Below are positions 24,477-37,215 of a stretch of 64,000 nt of DNA, piece after piece. Within the stretch, counting starts at the first letter, position 1, and each line of letters starts with the position of its first letter. The position numbers were made by a program, and so were the translations under genes. The DNA is from Chrysomallon squamiferum. Taxonomy: Eukaryota; Animalia; Mollusca. The stretch is taken from positions 35,526,001 to 35,590,000 of the forward strand of contig CM022665.1 in NCBI GenBank assembly GCA_012295275.1, written 5' to 3'. The notes beneath the pieces are model-generated. The model was not told where the DNA came from. It did no database searches and saw only the letters and a list, made by a program, of their open reading frames with translations.

Positions 24477-25669
24477 AAAAAAAAAAAACGTAAACGAAAA
24501 TGGACTGTTGTACTAAATTTCTCTTACTTTTATTTTAAAATATTCAGTAAATGGGAAGTCTCCTTCAAAGTTATATGTTATGCTTAGCTGAGCCGAGCTG
24601 TATTTCTGTAACACTTTTTCTGTACACGTGCAGTGATTACTATTCTAGTCACGTGTGAACTGTCACTAAGGTTGCGTGAATCGTATTACGTGTAACATTA
24701 CTAACGCATAACGTTTGCCAAGACTTTATTATTTCCAGATGTGGTCAGAAAATGAGGTTACAAAATAGTGTGATAATATTTCTATACACTCTCTCTCTCT
24801 CTCATGGTACTTTTTCGATTAGTCAGAGATTTTTTTTTTTTTCATGCACTTTCCCCTAATCATGAAGCAATGACTATGGCAATAAATAACCGATGAAGAA
24901 TGATCCACAAATAGGTATTCTTGTACTATATTATAAATATAGTAGAAATAAACCAAATAGAAATATGACCATTTTGAACCTATCAAGGAAACATAGTAAA
25001 ATGAAACAGCTTCTTTGTGAAAAAGTTATCTGTGATAAACATCTTTCACAAGACTATTTAAAATACATCTTTCCGTGAATGTGTTTAAAAATAACATCTG
25101 CTGTGCCTGCACATTTTCCTCTGATATTTGAAATGACCTTCATCCTTTGCAAAGTATTTTGGTTAGGGTTTTCTTCACTTACATAAACCCGAGTAGTCAT
25201 AGCCAGTGATCTAGACGGTTGATAATTGTCTGTCTATGAAATGTCACTCAAATGGCAAATCTATCAACTATGTTATATATTTTTTCACCACGTTTACAGG
25301 AATGAGAGGGGAAGGCAAAAATGGATATAGTATTGTAACAATGTTGTAACAAAATGAAACATACAGGGAACAAATTTGTGTAGATTTCAGAAAATAACAG
25401 TAAAATGAATGAAAGAAGGAACGAACAAACAAACAGTCTTAACGAAAAGTACGAATAAATAAATTTAATGAAGGTCATGAAAGTTTTACCTAAAAATCAG
25501 AATAATGTTGAAAACGAAGTTTTTTCTTTTTTGGATTAAGGATCATTAATTTAGAGAGTGCAAAAAAATACTAGTTTAATTTATATATAATTTGTTTTAT
25601 CGAATGTTCACTTACGTTGACGTATAATACCATATAGCTGGTCACTGAAGATTTCGAATAAAAATCAAC

Positions 25670-25800
25670 CTGTATTTATTTAATGATACACTAACACATT
25701 TATTATTAAGGATACAAATAATATATGGTTTCTGTAATAATAGCTGGGGAGAACAAACCCGCATTACATATAATCTTTGAATTCTTACACCGACTGAAGT
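25670..25800 (-). mobile_element. Possible degenerate SINE 3' fragment
   Basis: TTTATTTAATGATACACTAACACATTT...ATATGGTT...AAACCCGC resembles the reverse complement of the family 3' end (compare GCGTCGTTAAATAAA at 17936). Confidence 0.35.
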
Positions 25801-26245
25801 AATACTACTTATCATGAACACTTAAAATAAAGATGGTTTTTTTATATATTATCTTCTAATTACTTGATATGTTTGTTTTTAAAAATTATTCTTGTTATTC
25901 TAAGCCACTGATCACAGTGTGCAGTTCTGTATCAAGTATATTCATTATAACATGGGAAAAAAATAACTACAAGATAATAAGGTAGATTTCAGGTGTATAC
26001 TATCAACATTCTTTTGGATTTCTAGGTGCATTTGCCTTGTGAATACGGAGTTTGTTATATCAGATATGTACCGAAAATAAAGGAATGAGAGGAAAAATCT
26101 GTCTACTTTACTGGATTGTTTTTTTGTAAAAAGATACTGTATAAAATAAATCAGTTAAGCCAATGATTTACAGACATTCTGACATGATGACTTACTAAAT
26201 TAGTGTAGTAATCTGTGAGGCTTTCAGGATCAGTGTTGGAGAAAA

Positions 26246-26542
<297 letters not shown>

Positions 26543-29500
26543 CAGAATAATGAAACCAGAAAAAAAACCCATACAGAATAGCAATATATTCGTCTATTAT
26601 TAGTATAAGTGATACATTTTTAACAGATGAAAACGTATAATAAAGTTCTTGTCAAAATAACATCTATCAAATAATTAATATGAAAACGAATAAAATAATT
26701 GTATTAATTCTGAGATTTCACGTAACAGTTATATTTGAGTTATATTTAAAATTCGTGAAATCTTCCTGGAGCCAGTTTACGAACCGTTTCCCCGTGTGTC
26801 TGATCTGTAATATCTTCAGTAACCATCATCTATTAAAACCAGTTCACGTTTCTGTTGTATCGTTTAATTTAATTCTTAATTCGTGTAGTATTTCTTTTAG
26901 AAACTACAAAGTGCATAGTGTAGTATTTATTCCAGTGAATTGTCTTAGAAGAATTGAGACATAACACACATTAACTTTGTGCCGGACGGACTATGAAAAT
27001 AGGTATCACATTTCATGCATGAGGCCGATTGCCGTGTTGAGGTTATAAATACAGCTGGCATCTGATAATGTATTTTGTATCGCGTACAGCATGTTTATGA
27101 TGCTGAAGATAACGACATCACCAAATATTTGGCAGCAGCTTATTGTCATTGACGTCAACGCTGCAACTGCCGTCACATGATAGGGATACTGAGTTTTGTG
27201 TATACACTGCCCGCGATTTCGCTGTGGTTCGGTTTTCATTCCTTTTGCGTCTTCGTTCTTATCTAGAAGTTGCTTTTTGTGTATGAAATAAAAATATTAT
27301 TAGAATGAACACTATAAATACACCTGATGTTTACAGTTTCGTTTGAAGATAGATATCTAACCAGTTTTTAGCAACAGGTTTTCCCTTTATTTATTTTTCT
27401 TCTTCATCTTCTTTTTTTTTTTTTTTAAATTTACATGTTGTTTTTTTTATTTATTATCCTTTTCGTTTCTTTGCTTTCATTGGATTTTGTAAACGAAACG
27501 CTGAACATATGTACATAAATAGACATATATATTTATATATTTATACGTACATTCATGGATACATACATACGTACATACATACCAAGCTACCTATCTACCC
27601 ACCTACTTACGTACCTACACACATACACACAAATACACAGACAAAAGCAACTTGAAAATCGTTAATGCATAAATTTTAACTATAGATTCACATAACAAAT
27701 ACCTGAAAACAAGAAAACTGAGACGGTATACTTTACACGAATGAAGCTTTGACCAAAGTCACTGGTGTCTGTAAATGACAATCTGCTGCACTTATCCAAA
27801 CTTGGCTAAATTAGACTCAAGGAATTTGACGTTTTCAGCAGAAATATCAAGTTCATTTCAAAGACATGTTTGATAAATGTTTTCTATCGATCTTGCAATT
27901 TTTTCTTCACAGTTTTTATTTATTTTTTCACATCACTGGTTAAGGAGTTAGCAACGCACAAATGGCTTCATTTTCCAATAAATAGTTTCAAACATTCTGT
28001 GTCTCCGGTCACAATGTAAAATTAGTGTCTTTTGTATTCATTCTACGGCATGAAAGGGTTGGTAATAAAATGAATTAATCTGATATCCATTTCGGTAAAA
28101 AAAATATATAATCTCTTTCAGTCAGTACAGCTTGCTCACTTCAAATGTTCAGTTCATGGCAAAATTCCTTTATATTTTTTTTTTTCAAAATTTTTACAAT
28201 GAATAACAGATGTGTTGTTGGCTAAGCAGTTGTCATTTTAAGCTTTTAAATTAAAGCTCGAATTAATCATATATTCTAACTGAATACTTATAACAGACTT
28301 TAGAAATACCAGACACGTGAAAACATCTTACAATATTATATTTATTACATCAAAATATTGAGTCTGTTGACAAGAAATGTACCGTTAAAAAAAGCATCGC
28401 TGTCAAAGGATCTTTTCTTTATATGGATTCTTCATTTTTGAGAAGAAGACTTGAGCGCACTAACGTCTCGATCTATAAGGAGAGATCTCCCGCACCCGAA
28501 GGTCTTATTGCAGTAACAAGTTTAACTATTTCTTACCACTGGAGCAATGATGCTATATTGACTTTCTCTTTATATTCAGTTCTCTCGCTGTTCCAATGCA
28601 CCCATTAAAATATTGAAATGGTGGTCACTCAGAAATTATCGACCTTTCCTTTTTAAGCAAGACCAACAGCGGTCAAACCTTTAACAACAAGTGACAATAA
28701 TCGATTAGCTAACGTCTGCGAGAAAGCCATGATAAAAGTAATTTCAAACTGTTTGTGTCTAGGACGGTGTGCAACCAAATCTTTGACGTACTTTGTGCGT
28801 GAATTGCGTTCTCTTGTGAATACACAATGGTTTTCCATCAAAATGAACAAAGACGAAGCCATATTGGCTTCCCTTCTTGATAGCAGTTAGATTTTTGCTC
28901 AAAATGGCAAGAAGGTAATTAAAATACCTACGCCGGTGAAGTTGCTGACGATGTCGTTCTCGAAATTAGTGCTGTTAGTAAGCGCGATGAATACAGATGT
29001 GAAACTAATGATGACGTTGATGAGATCGTTGATGATGATATGCCGTCCTTTGTGGTGTGATTGCAGAGCAGGGTCGTAATTGATTGCTATTAGTGGCTGA
29101 GACGTAGACACTGAATCACAACTACGACGCTTTTGTTATTATAATCTTGATAATTCTGTTGTTCTTATGGGGCAATTGTTAACGCAGCCTTTGTCAGCCT
29201 TTTAGTTCCTCTGGAGCAAGACTAGAATTAATTAATGAATTTATTTATAAATACGATCGTTCGCGGAACCATTAAGGACCTTTTTCGGAACCCGACAGTT
29301 TCAAAGAATTCAAGTTGTGAAACCTTTGTGGACGTCGGTAGCAAACACCACTGCAGGACTGCATTTCCACCGTATACACAATACTTCTGAATATGTCTAT
29401 CTTACAATTATTTATTCATTTGAAAACTTAAATGTCCTTGTTCAGATAATGATAGTCGTTGATGTTTCTACAGGTGGAATTTAATTAAACTGTAAAGTTA

Positions 29501-31413
29501 AAATCTTTACACAGTACTGCTGTTGTTATTATAGCTAGATAACCATACATCATATTACGTGCTAAAATTATTATTAAAAAATATAAAACAACAATGGATT
29601 TTACAGTGAAATTAATCCCTTAACATCCGTATCTTCGATATCTGATGACATGGTGTCTATAAATTTAATCGCGTAAGATATTCTTTTTGAATGTTAAATA
29701 TATTTAAACTTGAGCGTTAAGTTCCATCTCGCTAAGCGACAATTCGCATACGAATAAACCATCCAGTGAGAAATTCAGTCGTTGCGTCATGTCGCACAGA
29801 GGCATATAACTGTTCTTTTGTTTATTGGAACCTTAGATATATTTTTGGTATGGAGTGATATAGGACAATTTAAATCTCAGAAATAGAAATGAATGTTAAA
29901 TCATTAACAAAACAGTACTGCCACGTTTCTAGAGAGTATCTCAGTCCTTTTAACTTCTGTAAGTCAGTAGACTTGACATATATTTATTAGCATTTAAGTT
30001 AAAACCCTGTTTATCTAGATGAAACTGACGAAAGTATTTTCTTTTAAAAACATTTTCCATCATCATTTCAGATGAACGAACAATACAGTTAGGATTCAGT
30101 TTCGTTTAAAACAGAAACAGCCGCAGCCTCTAAAAGTACACTAGGCATACTCTATCATTCACTTGTCAAACTGCTACAGAGCACGGATCTGCTAAAGAAG
30201 GCACTGATAAGGATTTACAAGTTATCACTTAACAACGAAACGACTGATTGCCATTTAACAAAGGTTTATAACTCGAAGCTGGTGATCATCGCGACTTTGT
30301 CATGTAACTGGAAAACCTATTAATCTTTAATGAACTGCACAATGTAGTCTAGATGTCACCAAGTCCAATTAACAAACATATTGTGTCATATTGTAAAGGA
30401 AGCTGGTTTTATACGGAATCCCCTTGTACAAATAAGATAAGCAGCTATGATGTTCATTTATCTATTGACTGATTTAACGTCACATTCGTCGTTACTATAA
30501 TGATTATCTTCTTTATTGCATATTATTGTTGTTGTTGCTGTTTGTTTTTGGCAATTGTTTTATTACAGTTGTTTGTATGTTGTTATTATTATTATTGTTG
30601 CTGTTGTTGTTGCTGTTGTTATTCTTGTAATATTAATTATTGTTTTTTTTTTATCATCACCATCTCCATTATCACCGTCATCTAATAGTTGTCTGTTGGG
30701 ATTTGTTTCAATGAGATATTTCTTTGATAACTGAATTTACAGCAGCACTGGGTTTTTTTTAAATAAATCGAATAAGAAATTTTTTCAAACATTCATTTGT
30801 AATAGATTTAATTCACATTATGCACCATCTGGTGGTCTCTGATAATTTATCAAAACAGCAGCGTACAACAGATGCTGTCGATAAGGGGAAAATGGAGACG
30901 TTAGTAGAAAGAACACAAGTTTTACAATGTTGTTACAGCTGAACTTGCCAAAAACAGTATACATAGTAGTTAACAGATATATTTTGCAACAATTGTCTTT
31001 CATTTCTGTTTCATTTCTTACATCTGCAAAAGCGTATGTAATATTCTATTTTTATCTTTAAACGTTCCTGAAGAGAAGACACACAGACATAATCCATAAT
31101 CCCATTCCCTATAAACAGTGTATCATTAAATGACAGACTGAGTGGCTGACGGAATGGATGAGTGAATGATTGATTGAATGATTGAATGAATGAATAAATC
31201 GATAAATGAATAAACAAATAAAATAAAATAAAATAAAGAGACTATATAGGAAAAGATACTTTTGATTTACGGTATTCAAATCATGGTCCAAAACGTAGAT
31301 AATTTATTCAGCCTCTTGTTTAATACTGAGCATGCCATCGAAGAACTTCTGTTGTCTTCAGGAGGCGACATGAATGATGTCTAGTTGATAATTGAACATC
31401 AGTTACTGATTTA

Positions 31414-31435
31414 ATATATATATATATATGTATGT

Positions 31436-31526
<91 letters not shown>
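31414..31526. repeat. (TA)n + (GA)n microsatellite
   Basis: Direct observation; source of the poly-ER and poly-SL ORFs. Confidence 0.95.
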
Positions 31527-31529
<3 letters not shown>

Positions 31530-34500
31530 CTGCCAGCGCTCCGTGGTCTATTCTTCGATTAACAGTAAAGAATCTTTTTTCATGCACCTTATCCTTGACA
31601 GAAATGCACGTAAACTGCGAGTACTGAAGAGGTCTGCTCATTATTGTGATGATCCAGTGGATATAAACGGTCTTAAAGGATGGTGTGTTTCTGGCTTTAT
31701 AGCTTCCTGCAAAGTTCTTAGCTGGATTCTAAACCTCAAAACATACTAACCTAAAATCGCAATTAAATATCGAGGTCGCTATTTTGCAAACTGCCTGTTG
31801 TGCACTTGCTATCGAATTTCCACCCTTATCTGACGTGAACCGATTCCCTGAGGCGACTTGGTCGTTATCACTCTCTGATTGATCAGTTTATTATCGGCGT
31901 AGTCAGAGACGAATTACTGATTAATACATTGTCCAGTCATTAGCACAGGGGTACGAGCAAAGATTAATGTTACAATCGTGACGTTATCTGCAGCGGCATC
32001 ACTGCGTTACTCCATCAAAGAAAATCAGGGACGATAAAGACGTTGGGAAATTGCAGATAAAAACAGCAAAGTTAGAAAAATCGTGACCGGTCGACCTGAG
32101 AGATAAATAACACATTTGTCAGCTGGGTTAAAAACGTTGATCAGAAACGCTTCTTAAAATAGCTGTCTCCGTCTGATTACATTTTAAGCAATTAGACCAA
32201 ATTGCCTAAAACAACCGTCTCCTTCCGCTGTGTAATAATAGTTTGTCCTTGTGCTTTTATACTCAGGCTTTGTTTATTTTGCAGTTATCTCATTTCATTA
32301 CTTTATTATTTATTCTAGACTGAATATCGGCTATTTCTATGTTGTGTTTGTTTGGGTTGTTACAAATGCTATTGTTACCATATTTATTCCTTTTGTTGTT
32401 GCCGTTCTTTTACGTTTCTTTAGAATATCATTTCGCTTTTGATATCGGTTACGACATGCGAAATATTAAAAACAGGTATGAATCATTACATTTTTGTCTG
32501 TTTTGTAAATACGAAACTTGCTGATTCACTATGTTGCTTTATGTAAAGAAAGACTTGATTTTATGATGAATCTTATAATAAAACAGATATAATTATAAAA
32601 CAATCCAGCAGAGAGACAGTGAAAAACCAGAAACATTATTATAATTTCATCAAATATGTTTTTGCATGAGTGTGCATGTGTCCACATGTATGTATGTGTG
32701 AATATATGTACATAACACTGGTAATTGTGTTATACGTGTGTGTGTGTGTGTGTCTGTGTGCGTGTGTGTGTGTTTGAGAGACAGAGCAAAACAAGTCATT
32801 ATTGTAATTCCACATACTATGACTTTCTTATTTAACATTATTTATTTCTTATCAAATCTTCAAATACTTCACTAAAAGTTACCTCCCTGGTATAAATTTT
32901 ACACAAAGTAACGCGCAGGATGTCACTGTACGTACAACATGTTCACTACGCTGATGTTCTCTCACGACAAACGCCTATACTATTTTCATTCTTCTCACCT
33001 TCCCTGCTCTCGAATCTATTTTCTTCAAGAAGCATCTTGAGAGAAGAGAACAGAAAACTAATATAAATAGCACGCAGAAGAAAACCAAAGCTGTCTTTCC
33101 AGAATGTGTGACAAGTTCATTCAATTTTGTCTATGCGAGTGAAATAATTGCTAAAATAATCTGAAGATTTGAAAATTTCTGCTGATCGATTTCAAGGAAT
33201 AAAAAAAACAGACACAAATTTCACATCTCACTAACTTTCTCACTTTTTTGCCACCTGTGAATTCCACTGTGAAATTAATAACTTGGAAGGTTTGGCTTTT
33301 TAAAGAACCAGCCTTTAAGTTCAACTGTGTGTAGGTAATTTGTCAAATGAAAGATAAGATGGTAGCCCTCTGTAATTATTTCCCCCTGTTTGTAAAGTCA
33401 GCTGTATGATACTGAATGGTGCCAGTTTAAAAAGAAAGACACCAGCGCTGTTATCACACGGCCAATTTAGAACTCTTATTTCAGAAACATTATCTGCAGA
33501 AATATTTACATTTTTAGACTGAAATCAAAATGTGTTGCCGTCTTTTACGCGACTTCAAAGTTCCTTAATAAATTTGATTTTAATTTATAGTTTCAGCGTT
33601 ACCAAAAATAGAAATCCGTAGCCATCATTAAAAAATCTGGTTCCCACAGCATCATTTTAATAGAATATATATTTTTTTCCTTTTTTTTTTTTCTTTTTTT
33701 TTCCGCCGGTGAATATAACTTTCGAAATGTTACGATGCCATTTAATAATTAGTTTTATATTCAGCGTGGGCTGGTGCTATCTCGTTTCAGTTTAATTCTG
33801 TGTTCAGGTCGGAGAGACTGTCTTTCAAAATAGTCCATGTTCTAAGATTTTATTTCCGTACGCTGACGCTGATAAATCAAATGCAGTGGCATGGATGTTT
33901 ATATAAAGTTGTTAATGGTGTAAAGAAAAAGAAAATGAATACTTTGTTTCCGTCAGATGTTTTTTTTTAGAATATTAAAACTGTTTAGTGCACAAGTTTA
34001 AGCGTTTAAATATTATTGGTTCATATACAGTTATTGTACAGATCTCAAGCACATAATATTAATTACACGAACTTCGAGTATTTTATAGATGATAATACTG
34101 AAGATACTATGATAAAGAAGAAAGAGGAGAAGAAGTATTAATAGAAGAAGAAGCAGTAGGCGTACTGGTAGTAATAGTAATAATATTAGAAAATAAACAT
34201 TATTGTTAACAGCTGAAAGATTGGTAGCAGAAGCAGCGTCTGAAGTAGCAGACGTGGTAATAGTATCACTGTAAATAAAACAGTGATAACAGCTACAACA
34301 AGGAAGCTGACAGATTTAAAAAAAAACCAGTGATGATAATGACAACATCACTTTGATTCAGCAGCAACTGGAACACAAAATTCCTCTAGATAAATTTCCT
34401 GCTGCGAGATCTCATTCCAAATTTTAATTCAGCTATACTCGGACTGACCCTTTTCTTGTCCTAATTTCCACTGTTTTTGTATTACTCCCACCACCCACTG

Positions 34501-36644
34501 GGGCAGTAATGTGACTGACAAAACTTTATTACAACCCCAGGCCCTGCATCCATGACAGAAGAGAAGGCAGCACTAATTGCGCGGAGACACGATGGAGACA
34601 GACTTGCCCAGGGACATCGTCTTAATAAGATGTGTTGTGTGATGCTCAAGGAAAAGTCATCCTAGATTGTTTTCATATCGCATTTATTCGCTAAGTCACT
34701 TGGAAAGACTCGTTTAGCTAGTGTTGTTATTGGATAAGACAAGAAAGAGGAATTCTTCATCTTTTTTTTTTTGGTATTGTTATTGAACGACAGTAGAGGC
34801 AACTGGGTACATTCTGTGAAATGTAAGAATACCGAAGAATTGAAGATTAATGGTAACGCGTCAGTGTTATGTCTTTGACCTCAAAAACAACAACATAATA
34901 ATACAAAAATATGTAACCAAACAATATCAACAATAACAGTACCAAGTCCCCTATAATATTAGATTTAGAGTGTAACGGAAAACTACCAATGTCGTTGTTA
35001 AGTATTCGACTTACTAAGTAACAAGCACTCTTTCAAAAGCACCTTTCAAAACATGACATTAATTATTGACAGGGGAAATAAACTGATTAAGGAAGTTGAG
35101 AAGTTAGAAAAGAGAAACTGCTTAGAGTATATTGTCAGCTTTGAATTTAGAATACCGAACTAAATTGATATTTCTCTTTAAAACTGCAGAACATTCATCA
35201 ACGTTAAAGCACTTTAAAAGATGATATTCATAGTTATGACACTTTAAAAACCTTCGGGAATTTTAGCATGAAATTACAATTTATGCACGAAGTTCAAATT
35301 TTGATTGATGACGCCATACAAAATTAATTAATTTTCTGTATGAACTTCAAACGTGTGTTACATCTCTGGTATTATATGAGTTGACGTGTCCACCATGCTG
35401 GAAACTTACTTATCTCTAAACCATGCAGATTTAACACCTGACAAAACAAGAGTCACAACGATTAACAAAGTTTTTCATTAAACAGAAATACACCTAATAC
35501 GCGTAAATTGTTAGTCTGCGTGGAAATCCACTGTTTTGTTTACTTCGTTACAACCCGAAGGTATGTCATGTAATTTGGCTATTCTCCGAGTCGACGTGAG
35601 CCGAGACTAGGCAAACAGTCATCAAGAAAGCAAACATTTCGCTCTACTCTTAACTGGAATCCCAGGCCTGATGGAAGACGAAATCAGAACCTTGGAAATA
35701 ATCGAAATTAGTTAATGCGTAAACAGCATTGGCGATATACCTACTCATTGATTGGTTTTATCCCGGGATTTTCAACTCATAGCTCAAATATACAGTTTCA
35801 GAAGGAATCTCCTTTTTTCTCGGTCGATATAAAACTCGCTTAAAGGCAAATGAACTTGAGAACAGCAAACTGGAAGGTTTGGTAAGAAGGCGTGTGATTT
35901 ATGAAACTTTTATAAAGTTTGGAAACGGCACAGCATTCTTCACGTACTTGTAGCAATACATAACGAGTTAAAAAGCCACCATTCAAATATTTAAGAATTA
36001 TACACATAAACATTGCAGATAAATTGAGTGAGATATTAATTTAGCCTGTCATGTGTATTTGGATTGATTGTCGATGGTAGATAAGTCGAATTTAACAGAT
36101 ACATTTACAAGCAATGGCCGTATTTCAATTACCAGATGCATTTTAAAGAAATTGGGATTAAAATATCACTAATAATAAAATCAATAAAAACTTGGACATT
36201 ACAGGAGGCGCTTTTAGTAATATTACATTTCGTTACCCAGAAAGATCAATATAAAAGTAACCTGATACACTATCATAACATATACGTAGATAATTATAGT
36301 CGTATGACATCCGAAACAATTCATAGAGGTGATACTGTAGCTATTACAAACGGAGGGACAGTAGTATTATAATTCAATTTCTACCACGATCCATATAAAA
36401 AATAACAAGATATCATGTGTAATCAAAGAACATAAGAAAAGTAAAACGACTGTAATTAATTACTAGCGTACTACTTATTTTGCTAATTGAAATTCTTCAT
36501 CATCAACTGATTCTTCCACAAAAACCCCCCCAAAACCACCCAAAAACAAACCAATATTAATATTACAATTTACAACTTTGGAACATTCATATCCAAACCA
36601 AAAGTGTTATTACCAGTTACAGTTCTGGTCCATTTGTGTGTAAC

Positions 36645-37215
36645 AAAACAGTGACATTGCAATTAATATTACTGGGCTGTTGGTAGTTAAAGTTGTGAAG
36701 TTACAAATTTTATTATTCAGATGCTGGTACCTGAAACACCGAAACTACAAATTATATTATTGAAATAATGGTAGTTAAAACATTGACATTACAAATTATA
36801 TTATTCGACTAACAATAATTAAAAGTGAAGTCACAAATTATATTATTCGAGTAAGTGTGGTTATAACAGTGAAATTAAAAATTATATCATTCGTCCTCTG
36901 GTAGTTTTTACGGCGAAGCTTCAGATTTTATTACTGGTCTATCTGTACTTAAAACAGCGAAGTTGTAAATTATTCCCTTGAGCTATCAGTAACAGAATGG
37001 TAATACTACAAATTTCTCCTACGCCTCCAGTAGAAAAAACAACAACCAATAACATTACAAATTACATTGCAAGCGTTCTGTATGTAAATGAAGTTAAAAC
37101 TTATTTTCTTGGTCTATCTGTAGTAAAACAGTGAAATTACAAATTATTATCTAACGCGATCAGTAGAAAACAGAGTTATTACAAATGACAACTTTGTACC
37201 ATCAGCATCAAAACG
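36645..37215. repeat. Old degenerate ~44-bp minisatellite, about 13 units
   Basis: The core AAAACAGTGAAATTACAAATTATATTATT recurs, with its TTACAAA part at about 36701, 36745, 36789, 36831, 36875, 36920, 36963, 37006, 37055, 37094, 37137 and 37179. Confidence 0.85.

Noticed and set aside
29270-29330. CGGAACC repeats resembling a hAT MITE end
   Set aside because: No matching opposite terminus or TSD was found; too degenerate to call.
36645-37215. CRISPR-like repeat-spacer array
   Set aside because: Repeats are highly degenerate, linkers are short and related to each other, there are no cas genes, and the DNA is eukaryotic (spliceosomal introns).
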